Source of the DNA: Chthonomonadales bacterium
Lineage (GTDB): Bacteria; Armatimonadota; Chthonomonadetes; Chthonomonadales; CAJBBX01
Assembly (NCBI GenBank): GCA_037443035.1
Contig: JBBIPC010000014.1
Coordinates: 1 to 64,000, forward strand
DNA length: 64,000 nucleotides
Direction of reading: 5' to 3'
Each line of letters opens with the position of its first letter. Within the stretch, counting starts at the first letter, position 1. The notes under the pieces are model-generated. The model did no database searches and was not told the DNA's origin. It was given only the letters and a program-made list of their open reading frames with translations. Shown one piece after another: positions 19,676 to 29,744 of the stretch. The position numbers were made by a program, and so were the translations under genes.

Positions 19676-21436
19676 ATGAAATCCCGCTTCCGGTTTCGAA
19701 ACCCGCTTCTGTGGCGTGCGCGCCGACCTGTCACGGACAGCGACCCCGATACGCTCCGCAGGGAGATTGCATTGCGGGACAAAGCCATCGAAGAGGCGAA
19801 ACACGTTGTCAACGAACTCCGGCGAGAGCTGGAGGAATGCAAGGCCGAGGCCGACGCTCTGCGCCGTGTTGCAGAGACGACAGGCTCCTCCTTCGATCTC
19901 GAAGACATGCTCCGCCTGACCGTGGACATCGCCATGAAGGTCACGGGCACCGATTCCTGCCAGCTCTACCTGCTCGACCGAAGGACCAACGAGCTGGTAC
20001 TGCGTGCAGCCGACGAAACCGGTCAGAGCATGATCGGCAAGATCCGTCTCAAGGTCGGGGAAGGGATCACTGGGTGGGCCGCCCGGGAAAGGAAGCCTGT
20101 CGCCATCAGCAGGAACGCCACGAGCGATGGGCGCTTCCGCTACTTCCCACAGATCCATGAGGAAGAGTACGAGAGCATTCTCTCGGTGCCTCTTGTCTAC
20201 CGGAATCAGATGCTGGGCGTTGTCAACGTGCGGACACGGGAGCCCCACGAATACACCAAGCACCAGATGCGCCTTCTGTCGGGCATTGCTAGTCAAGTGG
20301 CAGGCGCAATCGAGCGGACGAGGCGACAGCGGCAGCTCGAGCGTACCGCCGTGCACCTGCAGCACCTCTCGGAAGTTAGCGAAGCCATCATGTCCAACGT
20401 CTACCTCGACGACATGCTTTCCATGTTCGTCGAGATGACGGCCCGGACCATGGGTTACAAGATCTGTACGGTCATGCTGGTGGACCACGAGACTCAGGAG
20501 CTGGTTATCAAGGCGACCCAGAGCCCGAATCCTGATTACATCCGCAAACCTCGCCCGAAGGTCGGAGAGAGCATTGCCGGTCGGGCAGCTCGGGAAGGCC
20601 GGGTCATCACTGTCACCGACGTCAAGAAGCACCCGGACTACCGTTTCCCCGAAATCGCAGAGAAGGCCGGGTTGACGTCGCTGGCATCGGTTCCGCTCAT
20701 GATCAAAGGCGAAGTGCTGGGGGTGTTGAACTGCTACACAGAGAAGCCTCATGAGTTCACCCAGGAAGAACTAGCGATTCTGCAGGCGCTGAGCGCTCAG
20801 GCAGCCCTGGCCATTCTCACCGCTCGACACATGCTCCAATCGGCGGTCATCCAGGAGATGCACCATCGGGTCAAGAACAGTCTCCAGCAAATCGCCAGTC
20901 TCGTCCGCTTGCAGATGCACTTCGGCCACCACGCGACAGTAGAATCGGCGATGCAGGACACGCTCAACCGTATCCTTGCCATCGCAGCCGTACATGAACT
21001 GCTGCTTCGCGAAGACCTGGATCGCGTGAGCGTGAACAAGCTAGCCGAGCAGATCCTGTTCGCTACCAAGCAGAGCCTGGTGCCTCCGGGCAAGTCCATT
21101 CATACCGATGTGGTTGGTCAGGAGCTCCGCGTCCCCCTGAGCCATGCTACGACTCTCGCGCTCGTCCTTAACGAGCTGGTCCAGAATGCCGTCGAGCATG
21201 GTTTCCGCGAGTTGGATGAAGGACGGATACACATCTCCATCGCGAAGGGCGACCAGAGCGTAACGATCACCGTGACCAACGACGGAGCGCCGCTTCCACC
21301 GGGTTTCGATCCCGCGCAGACGGAAAGCCTGGGTCTCCGCATCGTGACGGACCTGGTCAAAGGCTCGCTCTCCGGCACCTTCGAGATGCGGAGCGAGAAC
21401 GGAATCGTCGCCCGTGTGACGTTCCCAGTGCCATAG
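19676..21436 (+). CDS. Cytoplasmic double-GAF histidine kinase (HisKA_2, PdtaS/EutW-like)
   Basis: Two GAF repeats (GEGITGW...SVPL; GESIAG...SVPL), EMHHRVKNSLQ, NELVQNAVEHG, SLGLRIV. Confidence 0.92.
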   Translation: MKSRFRFRNPLLWRARRPVTDSDPDTLRREIALRDKAIEEAKHVVNELRRELEECKAEADALRRVAETTGSSFDLEDMLRLTVDIAMKVTGTDSCQLYLLDRRTNELVLRAADETGQSMIGKIRLKVGEGITGWAARERKPVAISRNATSDGRFRYFPQIHEEEYESILSVPLVYRNQMLGVVNVRTREPHEYTKHQMRLLSGIASQVAGAIERTRRQRQLERTAVHLQHLSEVSEAIMSNVYLDDMLSMFVEMTARTMGYKICTVMLVDHETQELVIKATQSPNPDYIRKPRPKVGESIAGRAAREGRVITVTDVKKHPDYRFPEIAEKAGLTSLASVPLMIKGEVLGVLNCYTEKPHEFTQEELAILQALSAQAALAILTARHMLQSAVIQEMHHRVKNSLQQIASLVRLQMHFGHHATVESAMQDTLNRILAIAAVHELLLREDLDRVSVNKLAEQILFATKQSLVPPGKSIHTDVVGQELRVPLSHATTLALVLNELVQNAVEHGFRELDEGRIHISIAKGDQSVTITVTNDGAPLPPGFDPAQTESLGLRIVTDLVKGSLSGTFEMRSENGIVARVTFPVP

Positions 21437-21501
21437 CGGCGTCCCATTGATGGTATGCTATCGTGCATCGAGCGGGATCCCGGCTCGGAGGTAGTCACCG
21501 C

Positions 21502-21807
21502 ATGGACACAGGAACGCACACCAACACACGCGCAGACAGTATTATCCAAGAAGAGGTAACTCCCGAAACCGGCGACACACCGCCCGTCTTCGGTCGCTGC
21601 CCTGTGTGCGGCAAGCCCCTGCGTCCTCGCGACAAGCGCACCGGCGCTCCAGCCGCCCCCAAACCTGGTACAGGGTACGAGAGCCGCGCTCGCTGCAGCG
21701 GATGTGGCACCATACTCGTCTATCTTGGGGGCGGTCGGTGGCGTCCGCTGACCGAGGACGACCTTACGGACGACGACCGCTTCGCGGACTCCATCGGATT
21801 GGACTGA
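21502..21807 (+). CDS. Small CxxC/CxxC zinc-ribbon protein
   Basis: CPVCG and CSGCG; GGAGG RBS; acidic tail. Confidence 0.6.
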   Translation: MDTGTHTNTRADSIIQEEVTPETGDTPPVFGRCPVCGKPLRPRDKRTGAPAAPKPGTGYESRARCSGCGTILVYLGGGRWRPLTEDDLTDDDRFADSIGLD

Positions 21808-21916
21808 GCGGAACCGCGTCTTCCCCCGCCCGCACCCACACAGCGCCGAACGGCGCTTAGGTCGAGAGCGCAGCCAGCACCAGAGCGCGGGTGGGACGGC
21901 AGGCAGGTGCCGTTTC

Positions 21917-23257
21917 TCAGGTGCTGTAGGGAGTGAAGTCCGGCTGCTGCACGCCCAGCATTTCGTAAGCGGTCTCTCGGACCAGGCGCTCACAATCGGG
22001 CGTGAACATGAGGCTGTTGTAGTAGCGGTGGGCGTACTGGACCTCGTATCCGCCGAATGCGTAGTCGGCCTCGGTTGGGAGATAGTTCTTGGCGCCGTTT
22101 GTGCACCCAAGAGGAAAGACTGGCTGATCCGTCTGGTTGTCGAAGTCCAGCGCATATTGCACGAATACTTCAGCGGGCAAGCCGATAAACCGCGCACCGC
22201 CAATCGTCAGCACCTGGATCGGGAATGGCATCGTGAAGGTGCTCTGGCCCGACGCTGCAAGCTCGCGCTCCTTGCGGCAATAGGTCAGCATGCCTTCCGC
22301 GTTGAGGATTGCGCCCATGTTGCCGCCCGCCTTGGCGTCAGCGAGCTTCTGCTCCCAGTCGGCGATCTCGGCATCGATCTCATTCACGGCCCGCGGCGGA
22401 GTGAGAGGGAGTTCCACTGTCCGCTCCTCGAAGCCCAACGGCTCATCGTCGTAGAGGGGTGTAGCGTTGTGCCATGCGTGCAGCGCCGCTTGCCCCAATG
22501 TGCGCCCGTTGTGCGCAGCAGAGATGTACGTTCCGCGCCGATACGGGTTGATGTTGCCGCTGCATCCCTGGAGGAACAGTGGTGTGATCCCGCCGCCTGA
22601 CTCGCTGCGCACGTGATCGGCGGCGTAGCCACAGTAGTCCGCAGTGATACGGAGATTGTCACCGCCAAGTGTAGTGCCATGGCACGCGTGAGCGAACAGG
22701 AGCGCGAAGGTACCCCCGGACGGTAGCGAGACGCTGAGGACATCTACGTAAGGCGCCACCGGACCTGCAAAGTTGAGACCCAGCACGGTCTGCTTCGTTT
22801 TCGGACACGTCTGCCTTCGGTTGATGCCGATCTGTACAGGAGCGCGGCCGTAGGCCAGGACGGCCGGTTTCATGGTCTCCGCCGCCTGCCTCGTGACACC
22901 GACAAGCTTGCGCACGAGGACGTCTATGTACGCCGGATCCCGCGATCCCATGGCGTTGTACAACCCAAGATTGGGGCCGCCATGCGTATGACTGCAGTTC
23001 AGCATGATGGCGGCTGGCTCCAGACCCACCTCGGTGGCGATGCCCTCGCGAACCCGCGTGACCAGATCGTCTGGCAAGGCGATGAGATCCATCGAGAGGA
23101 TCGCTACGGCCGTGCGCCCGTCGTTGAACACCACTGCTCGGGCATGCAGTTCGTCGTGGACGAGCGTGCAACCCGTCGGTCGAAAGGCGTAGCCCGCCAT
23201 CCAGACACCCAGCGGCGGTGTAATATTGGTCTCGCATACTCCGGCATACAGAGGCAT
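21917..23257 (-). CDS. Neutral/alkaline ceramidase-like amidohydrolase
   Basis: ITPPLGVWMAGY, HDELHARA, SHTHGGP, HACHGT, QGCSGNINP, GGYE. Confidence 0.8.
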   Translation of the reverse strand: MPLYAGVCETNITPPLGVWMAGYAFRPTGCTLVHDELHARAVVFNDGRTAVAILSMDLIALPDDLVTRVREGIATEVGLEPAAIMLNCSHTHGGPNLGLYNAMGSRDPAYIDVLVRKLVGVTRQAAETMKPAVLAYGRAPVQIGINRRQTCPKTKQTVLGLNFAGPVAPYVDVLSVSLPSGGTFALLFAHACHGTTLGGDNLRITADYCGYAADHVRSESGGGITPLFLQGCSGNINPYRRGTYISAAHNGRTLGQAALHAWHNATPLYDDEPLGFEERTVELPLTPPRAVNEIDAEIADWEQKLADAKAGGNMGAILNAEGMLTYCRKERELAASGQSTFTMPFPIQVLTIGGARFIGLPAEVFVQYALDFDNQTDQPVFPLGCTNGAKNYLPTEADYAFGGYEVQYAHRYYNSLMFTPDCERLVRETAYEMLGVQQPDFTPYST

Positions 23258-23454
23258 GATTCTCTCCTGCACTTGCACGCGGCACCGACCCTCGGCGCCT
23301 GGTCCTGTCTGCTGCGTGTCCGGATTGTACCCGAACCGCCGTGCTGCCATGGGAACGGACGCCGGCAATGGTTCCCTGGCGAACCTAGGTGCAGCTAGGC
23401 TCTCTGGGGCAGTATACTACGCTGGTAGCGCCAAACTGGCCCTTGCCCATAGAC

Positions 23455-24915
23455 ATGGCCTATTCATCGTTTCAAGAGTTCCTGCATCGTCTCGAATCCG
23501 CTGGCGAGCTGCAACGCATCGCCGAGCCTGTCTCGCCGCACCTGGAGATCACGGAGATCGCCGACCGCGTCATGAAGAGCCCGGGTGGTGGAAAGGCGTT
23601 GCTCTTCGAGAGACCGCTCGATAGTGACATTCCTGTGGCCATCAACGTGTTTGGCTCGCGGAGACGGATGTCGTGGGCACTTGGGGCGGAAGACTACGAG
23701 GACGTCGCGAAAGAGATCGAGGCGCTTCTGCGCCCTGAGGTTCCCGACACTCTGAGCGGCAAGCTGCGAATGCTCGGACCATTGCGCCGACTCGCCTCGA
23801 TGCCACCCAAACGGGCCTCCAGCGGCCTCTGTCAGGAAGTGGTCCACATCGGTGACAGCGTGAATCTCCGACGTCTCCCTGTCCTCCACTGTTGGCCCGA
23901 CGACGGTGGGCCGTTCATTACGCTTCCACTAGTGTTCACCTACGATCCGAGCACGGGTAAGCGCAACGTCGGTATGTACCGAATCCAGATCTACGACGAG
24001 CGTACGACAGGCTTGCACTGGCAGCTTCACAAGGTCGGGGCTGAACACCACCGTCTGCGCGAGGGCCAGAACGAGGACCCGAAACCCTACGACGTGGCCA
24101 TCGCGCTGGGCAGCGACCCGGTCTACACGTTCTGCGCTGCCGCACCGTTGCCTCCTGCAATCGACGAGATGCTGTTCGCCGGTTTCCTCCGGCGCAAGCC
24201 CGTGCCGCTCGTTCGATGCAAGACGGTAGACGTGGAAGTGCCTGCCGACGCGGAGATCGTCATCGAGGGCAAGGTAGACCCCTCGGAACGTCGCCCAGAA
24301 GGACCATTCGGCGACCACACGGGCTTCTATACACCTGTGGAGCCTTACCCGGTCCTGCACGTGACCGCCATAACGCACCGCAAGAACCCGGTCTATCCGG
24401 CGACCATCGTGGGCAGGCCACCCATGGAGGACGGCTGGATCGGCAAGGCCATCGAGCGCGTGTTCCTCCCTATGATTCGCCTCATGGTTCCGGAGATAGT
24501 GGACATCAATCTGCCCGTGGAGGGGTGTTTCCACAACATCGTCCTCGTCAGCATCCGCAAGCGATACCCCGGTCACGCCTTCAAGGTCATGAACGCGCTA
24601 TGGGGGCTCGGCCAGCTTATGTTCTCGAAGATGATCTTCGTTTTCGATGATGATGTGAACGTGCAGGATGCTGCGGAGTGCGTCTGGATTCTCAGCAACA
24701 ACCTGGATCCAGAACGTGACATGCTTGTCAGCAAAGGTCCTGTGGACGTTCTGGACCACGCCTCACGCGAGACGGGCTTCGGGTCGAAGGTGGGGTTCGA
24801 CTGTACACGCAAGTTGCCCCAGGAGGGGCATCACCGACCATGGCCCCAGCGCATTCGTATGTCCGACGAGGTCCGGGCGAAGATCGATGCCCTCTGGCCG
24901 AAGCTCGGCCTGTAG
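23455..24915 (+). CDS. ubiD: UbiD-family prFMN-dependent decarboxylase (menaquinone, MqnL-type)
   Basis: WPDDGGPFITLP, NVGMYR, EGPFGDHTGFY, GPVDVLDHAS. Confidence 0.93.
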   Translation: MAYSSFQEFLHRLESAGELQRIAEPVSPHLEITEIADRVMKSPGGGKALLFERPLDSDIPVAINVFGSRRRMSWALGAEDYEDVAKEIEALLRPEVPDTLSGKLRMLGPLRRLASMPPKRASSGLCQEVVHIGDSVNLRRLPVLHCWPDDGGPFITLPLVFTYDPSTGKRNVGMYRIQIYDERTTGLHWQLHKVGAEHHRLREGQNEDPKPYDVAIALGSDPVYTFCAAAPLPPAIDEMLFAGFLRRKPVPLVRCKTVDVEVPADAEIVIEGKVDPSERRPEGPFGDHTGFYTPVEPYPVLHVTAITHRKNPVYPATIVGRPPMEDGWIGKAIERVFLPMIRLMVPEIVDINLPVEGCFHNIVLVSIRKRYPGHAFKVMNALWGLGQLMFSKMIFVFDDDVNVQDAAECVWILSNNLDPERDMLVSKGPVDVLDHASRETGFGSKVGFDCTRKLPQEGHHRPWPQRIRMSDEVRAKIDALWPKLGL

Positions 24916-24946
24916 GCCCGTGACACCGGTGTCTCACGTCGGCGCG

Positions 24947-25615
24947 ATGATCACGCACTGGGACAGAGCGCTGTTCCAGAGCATCAACAACGGCTTCGCA
25001 TCGCCGGCGCTGGATCTCATCATGCCGAGGATCACCGACCTCGGCCTCGGTCATGTTCAGGCGCTGCTATTGATCCTTGCGGCGGTCATTGCCGGAAGAA
25101 GGGGCGCGACACGTCAGAGACACGCCCTTGCGCGCGGAATCTGGGACAGGGTACTTCTGCAGAAGGCGTGGCTCGTACCATCTCTGCTTGCCATTGTGCT
25201 TGCGGGCACTGGGGTGCAGGCTCTCAAGCGCATACCGCGCCAGCGTCCGAGTTGGTTCTACACTCACGAGCACGTGGCGGGACGCTCCCTGGATGTTCAC
25301 GTACATACCATCAACGGGCGTCGTCCTCTGCGGGTCAACGGCTTCCCATCGGGACACACAGCGACGACCGCAGCAATCGCCATGGCGTTGGGGCTGACCT
25401 TGCCAGCGGCGCGCCTACGTCGCCGTGCAGCCGTCGCGATCGCCGCGATGACGCTCCTGATCGGACTGTCCCGCGTGTATATGGCAGACCATTGGCCACT
25501 GGACGTGCTCGGCGGCATCGGTGTGGGGGTCCTCAGCGGTTGGCTAGCCGCGCAGCTAACCTCACAGTGGTTCGCCATTCAACGCGAACACGCCGTGTCA
25601 GCCAGGTCCACCTGA
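24947..25615 (+). CDS. PAP2-family membrane phosphatase
   Basis: KRIPRQRP, FPSGH and SRVYMADHWPLD (C1/C2/C3 motifs). Confidence 0.9.
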   Translation: MITHWDRALFQSINNGFASPALDLIMPRITDLGLGHVQALLLILAAVIAGRRGATRQRHALARGIWDRVLLQKAWLVPSLLAIVLAGTGVQALKRIPRQRPSWFYTHEHVAGRSLDVHVHTINGRRPLRVNGFPSGHTATTAAIAMALGLTLPAARLRRRAAVAIAAMTLLIGLSRVYMADHWPLDVLGGIGVGVLSGWLAAQLTSQWFAIQREHAVSARST

Positions 25616-25629
25616 AGCGGAGGTGCAGA

Positions 25630-26229
25630 ATGATCCGCCGTATCGTGGTGGGTATCACCGGCGCCAGTGGAGCGATCTACGGCGTCCGCATCGTGCGGAT
25701 GCTAGAACCGTGGTTCGATGTCGTGTACCTGTGCATCTCCCACCATGGTCGCGAAGTCCTGGCAACGGAGCTCGGCCTGCAAGCCGACAATGCGGAAGCT
25801 CTCGTGCACGGGCTCCTCGGCCGTGAGTCGGACCGCATCGAAGTACTGGACCCAGACGACTATTTCACGCCGCCCGCCAGCGGGTCCGTACATCATGAGG
25901 GCATGGTCATTGCGCCATGCTCCATGGGAACGGCCGGTCGAATCGCCGGCGGTGTGTCCACCGATCTCATCACCCGCGCTGCGGACGTGTGCCTGAAGGA
26001 GCGTCGGCGGCTGGTTCTTGTCGTGCGCGAGACTCCGCTCAGTGTTGTCCACCTCCGGAACCTTACGGCTCTAGCAGAGGCAGGCGCCGTCATCATGCCC
26101 GCTTCGCCATCGTTCTACCATCATCCGCGCACCGTCGAAGAGATGGTGGATACCGTAGTGGCACGTGCGGCACGACACCTTGGAGTGGGGGATTCCGAGA
26201 GCCGGGAATGGCAGGTCGAACGCGAATGA
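25630..26229 (+). CDS. ubiX: Flavin prenyltransferase UbiX
   Basis: GITGASG, ASGS, APCSMGT, RAADVCLKERR, RETP, PSFYHHP. Confidence 0.95.
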   Translation: MIRRIVVGITGASGAIYGVRIVRMLEPWFDVVYLCISHHGREVLATELGLQADNAEALVHGLLGRESDRIEVLDPDDYFTPPASGSVHHEGMVIAPCSMGTAGRIAGGVSTDLITRAADVCLKERRRLVLVVRETPLSVVHLRNLTALAEAGAVIMPASPSFYHHPRTVEEMVDTVVARAARHLGVGDSESREWQVERE

Positions 26230-26260
26230 CCAGTGCAGCCTCTCGCAGAGCACGCTAGAC

Positions 26261-27145
26261 ATGGTACGCATAGGCCGTGCATGGCATGCTCTGCGGACGT
26301 ATGCGGCGCTAGTTCGGTTTGAACACACGATCTTCGCACTGCCGTTCGCGATAATCGGGGCCGTGCTTGCCGGACGCTCGCTGGGACTGCCGCATGGTCT
26401 TCCGTCGCTACGCGCCCTGGGCTGGATCCTGATCGCCATGGTGAGCGCACGGACGGCAGCCATGGCGTTCAACCGGATCGTAGACGCCGACTACGACGCT
26501 CGGAATCCGCGCACATGGAAGCGAGAGATACCTACCGGCGCAGTAAAGAAGTGGCAGGCGGGAGTGCTCACTGTGGTAGCGGCCGTCCTCCTCCTCATCG
26601 CCGCCGGCAACCTCAACCAGCTCTGCCTACGTCTGGCTCCCTTGGCACTGGTGGCCCTTACCGGATACTCCTACACCAAGCGAGTGACACAATGGACCCA
26701 TCTGGCACTGGGGGGTGCCATCGGTATTGCGCCGGTTGGCGCATGGCTGGGCGTCACCGGAAGCTTCGGCTGGACACCCATTCTTCTTTGGGCGGCGGTG
26801 GCCTTATGGATCGGAGGTTTCGACATCATCTACGCCCTTCAGGATATCCAGGTAGACCGGCAGCTAGGCCTGTTCTCTCTCCCTGCCCGCATGGGTCCGG
26901 CACTGGCGTTACGAGTAGCGCGGATTCTCCACGCAGTGATGTTGGCCCTGCTGGGGTCTGTTGGTGTGATGGCCTCACTCGGTGCGTGGTACTACGCAGG
27001 ACTGCTACTCTGTGCAGTGTTTCTCGGCTATGAGCACAGTATTGTTCGGCCGGATGACTTCAGCCGCGTGGACACGGCATTCTTCACGGTCAACGGGTGG
27101 GTATCCGTCATTCTCTGTGGCACTACGATTCTGGACGTCTGGTAG
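26261..27145 (+). CDS. ubiA: UbiA-family polyprenyltransferase (MqnP-type)
   Basis: FEHTIFALPFA, AMAFNRIVDADYDARNPRT, FDIIYALQD, AFFTVNG. Confidence 0.92.
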   Translation: MVRIGRAWHALRTYAALVRFEHTIFALPFAIIGAVLAGRSLGLPHGLPSLRALGWILIAMVSARTAAMAFNRIVDADYDARNPRTWKREIPTGAVKKWQAGVLTVVAAVLLLIAAGNLNQLCLRLAPLALVALTGYSYTKRVTQWTHLALGGAIGIAPVGAWLGVTGSFGWTPILLWAAVALWIGGFDIIYALQDIQVDRQLGLFSLPARMGPALALRVARILHAVMLALLGSVGVMASLGAWYYAGLLLCAVFLGYEHSIVRPDDFSRVDTAFFTVNGWVSVILCGTTILDVW

Positions 27146-27194
27146 ATGCAGGAACCGGCTTACCGGAAACCGAACTTTCTTATGGTATCCTGTC

Positions 27195-27989
27195 ATGAAT
27201 AAGAGCGTGTTGCGAATCGGCTGTGTGCCGTATCTCAACGGGCGACCGCTGGTGGTGCATCTCGAACAACCGCACGCCAGTTCCGATATCGAGCTTACGG
27301 CGGCGGTGCCGTCGCGTCTTGCCGAGTTGCTCGACGGTGGTGCGCTGGACGTCGCTCTGCTGTCCAGCATCGAGGCGTTTCGTCAACCCGGTAGGGCAGT
27401 GGTAGACGGTGTTGCTATCAGTGCCGATGGTCCGATCCGGAGCGTGCGGATTCTGTCCGACGTACCACCTGAGAGAATCGCGGAACTCGCCGTTGACAAT
27501 GGGTCGTTGACCTCCGTAGCCCTGGCAAGTATCGTGCTAGCCGAGCGTTATGGTGTCCGTCCCGCGATCCGGCGTATGGAGCCGAATGTGCCGATCATGC
27601 TACGGTCGTGCGGAGCGGCACTCGTGATTGGCGACGTAGCCATGAGGCCGTACCGGTCAGAATGGACGCTGGACCTGGGCCAGGAATGGAAGGTGCTGAC
27701 AGGTCTGCCCTTCGTCTATGCTATGTGGATTGCACGGAACGAGAGCGTAGCTGAGGAGGCGGGAGAGCTGTTGCGGACTGCCAGAGACGAGGGGCAGAAG
27801 CGGCTCCGCGAGATTGCGCGTGAGTGGGCCAAGCGAACCAGGACACCGGAGCCGCTGGCAGAGGAGTACCTACTGCGCATCGTCCAGTATGACCTGGACG
27901 ATCGAAAGAAGGCAGCGCTCGAGGCCTTTCGGGAACATTCCCGGGCGCATAGCGTCGGTGAGAAGGTGCATCCGATACGTTATTGTTGA
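27195..27989 (+). CDS. mqnA: Chorismate dehydratase MqnA (futalosine pathway)
   Basis: IGCVPYLNGRPL, SLTSVAL, LVIGD, DLGQEWKVLTGLPFVYAMW. Confidence 0.9.
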   Translation: MNKSVLRIGCVPYLNGRPLVVHLEQPHASSDIELTAAVPSRLAELLDGGALDVALLSSIEAFRQPGRAVVDGVAISADGPIRSVRILSDVPPERIAELAVDNGSLTSVALASIVLAERYGVRPAIRRMEPNVPIMLRSCGAALVIGDVAMRPYRSEWTLDLGQEWKVLTGLPFVYAMWIARNESVAEEAGELLRTARDEGQKRLREIAREWAKRTRTPEPLAEEYLLRIVQYDLDDRKKAALEAFREHSRAHSVGEKVHPIRYC

Positions 27990-28059
27990 TTGGCCGTGAT
28001 CATGGGCCGAACAGAGGAGTTGCGTAGGTGGGAGTTGTAGGGGAGAAGGTAGCAGAAAG

Positions 28060-28530
28060 ATGAGCGGTAGCCAGGTAGAGATCCTCATTGTGGAGGACGA
28101 TCCCGCCGATCTCGAGCTAACCCTGCGTGCACTCAAGCGGCACAACCTGGTGAACGAGGTTCGTGTGGCACGCGACGGCGTGGAAGCCATCCACGCATTG
28201 CTCGGCGACGACGAGAACACACCCGTAGACCCGCCACCGAGGGTGGTTCTGCTCGACCTCAAACTCCCGCGCCTCTCCGGGCTGGACGTCTTGCGCCGCA
28301 TCAAGAGCGACCCACGCACGCGCCGCATCCCCGTCGTCATGCTGACATCCTCACAGGACGACCGTGACATCGCCGCTTGCTACGAGGCTGGGGCAAACAG
28401 CTACATCGTGAAACCGATTCGGTTCGAACACCTTGTAGAGGCTATGCGCGTCGTCGGCCTGTACTGGACAGTTGTGGCGTCGCCACCTTACATCCCACCA
28501 ACCACACAGAGCACCCCCGGCGGCCCATAG
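28060..28530 (+). CDS. Single-domain response regulator
   Basis: VEDD, LLDLKLP, GANSYIVKP. Confidence 0.92.
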   Translation: MSGSQVEILIVEDDPADLELTLRALKRHNLVNEVRVARDGVEAIHALLGDDENTPVDPPPRVVLLDLKLPRLSGLDVLRRIKSDPRTRRIPVVMLTSSQDDRDIAACYEAGANSYIVKPIRFEHLVEAMRVVGLYWTVVASPPYIPPTTQSTPGGP

Positions 28531-28533
28531 CCC

Positions 28534-29742
28534 ATGCTTCTGGACGACATCTCCGCTAACCCGCTCCGAGAACGTGTCCGGGAGATTGTGCCTGCGATCG
28601 TCGAACTTCGGCACTACCTTCATCAGCATCCGGAGCTGAGCGACTGCGAAGTCCAGACGGCGGCGCTGGTGGCGGAGAAGCTCCGGTGCTTGGGCCTGCA
28701 GCCTCGAACCGATGTCGGCGGACACGGCGTCCTCGCCGATATCACGCCGGAGAAACCTGCGCCGCTCCTCGCGTTGCGCGCTGACATGGATGCGCTGCCC
28801 ATCCAAGAGGAAGCTGACCTGCCCTACCGTTCGGCGAATGACGGGGTCATGCACGCGTGCGGTCACGACGGCCATACGGCGATGCTGCTGGGAGTTGCGG
28901 AATTGCTGGTCGGGATGCGGGACAGACTGCCCGTGGCCGTACGCTTGATCTTCCAGCCGGCTGAAGAGACTGTCGGTGGTGCTGCGCGCATGTGTCAGGC
29001 GGGTGCCATGGAGGGCGTGCATGCCATCGTGGCGCTCCATGGGTGGGTTCACCTGCCGCTCGGGCATGTGGGCGTCGGCGTGGGACCGGTCATGGCCGCT
29101 GCGGACACTTTCGACATCAACGTGCTGGGACGCGGAGCGCATGCTGCATACCCTCATCTTTCTGCTGACCCTATCGTCGCGGCGTCACAGATCGTTCTGG
29201 CGCTCCAGACGACGATCAGTCGCGAAACGGATCCCTTGGAGCCTGCCGTGCTGACGGTGGCGCGCATGCATGCCGGTACGGCCTACAACATCATTCCAGC
29301 GGAGGCACACCTGGCCGGTACGGTGCGAACCCTGACCTCTGCGTCGCGCGACCGCATGGAGAAAACCGTGCATCGTATCGCGACCAGTGTAGCAGCAGGT
29401 GCTGGTTGCCAATGCAAGGTGATCTACAGGCGCGGTGCCCCACCCGTTGTAAATGACGAGGAAGTCGTCCGGCTCGTCCACGCTGCAGCGCTCCAGACAG
29501 TGGGCGCAGAACGGAGCCACCAGCTCGTACAGCCTTCCATGGGAGCCGAGGATTTCGCTTATTACCTCCAGCACGCACCGGGCGCCATGTTCCGCCTGGG
29601 GTTGGGCGACGGTGCACCTGGCCACACGTCAACTTTCAACTTCAATGACGAGGCTATACCCGTCGGGATGGAGGTCCTCTGTCGCATCTGCCTGAGCGGT
29701 CTTCCGGCACCTAATACCGCCACAGTGGATCGCCCTACCTAG
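28534..29742 (+). CDS. M20-family amidohydrolase
   Basis: RADMDALP, MHACGHDGH, FQPAEE, MGAEDF. Confidence 0.93.
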   Translation: MLLDDISANPLRERVREIVPAIVELRHYLHQHPELSDCEVQTAALVAEKLRCLGLQPRTDVGGHGVLADITPEKPAPLLALRADMDALPIQEEADLPYRSANDGVMHACGHDGHTAMLLGVAELLVGMRDRLPVAVRLIFQPAEETVGGAARMCQAGAMEGVHAIVALHGWVHLPLGHVGVGVGPVMAAADTFDINVLGRGAHAAYPHLSADPIVAASQIVLALQTTISRETDPLEPAVLTVARMHAGTAYNIIPAEAHLAGTVRTLTSASRDRMEKTVHRIATSVAAGAGCQCKVIYRRGAPPVVNDEEVVRLVHAAALQTVGAERSHQLVQPSMGAEDFAYYLQHAPGAMFRLGLGDGAPGHTSTFNFNDEAIPVGMEVLCRICLSGLPAPNTATVDRPT

Positions 29743-29744
29743 CC

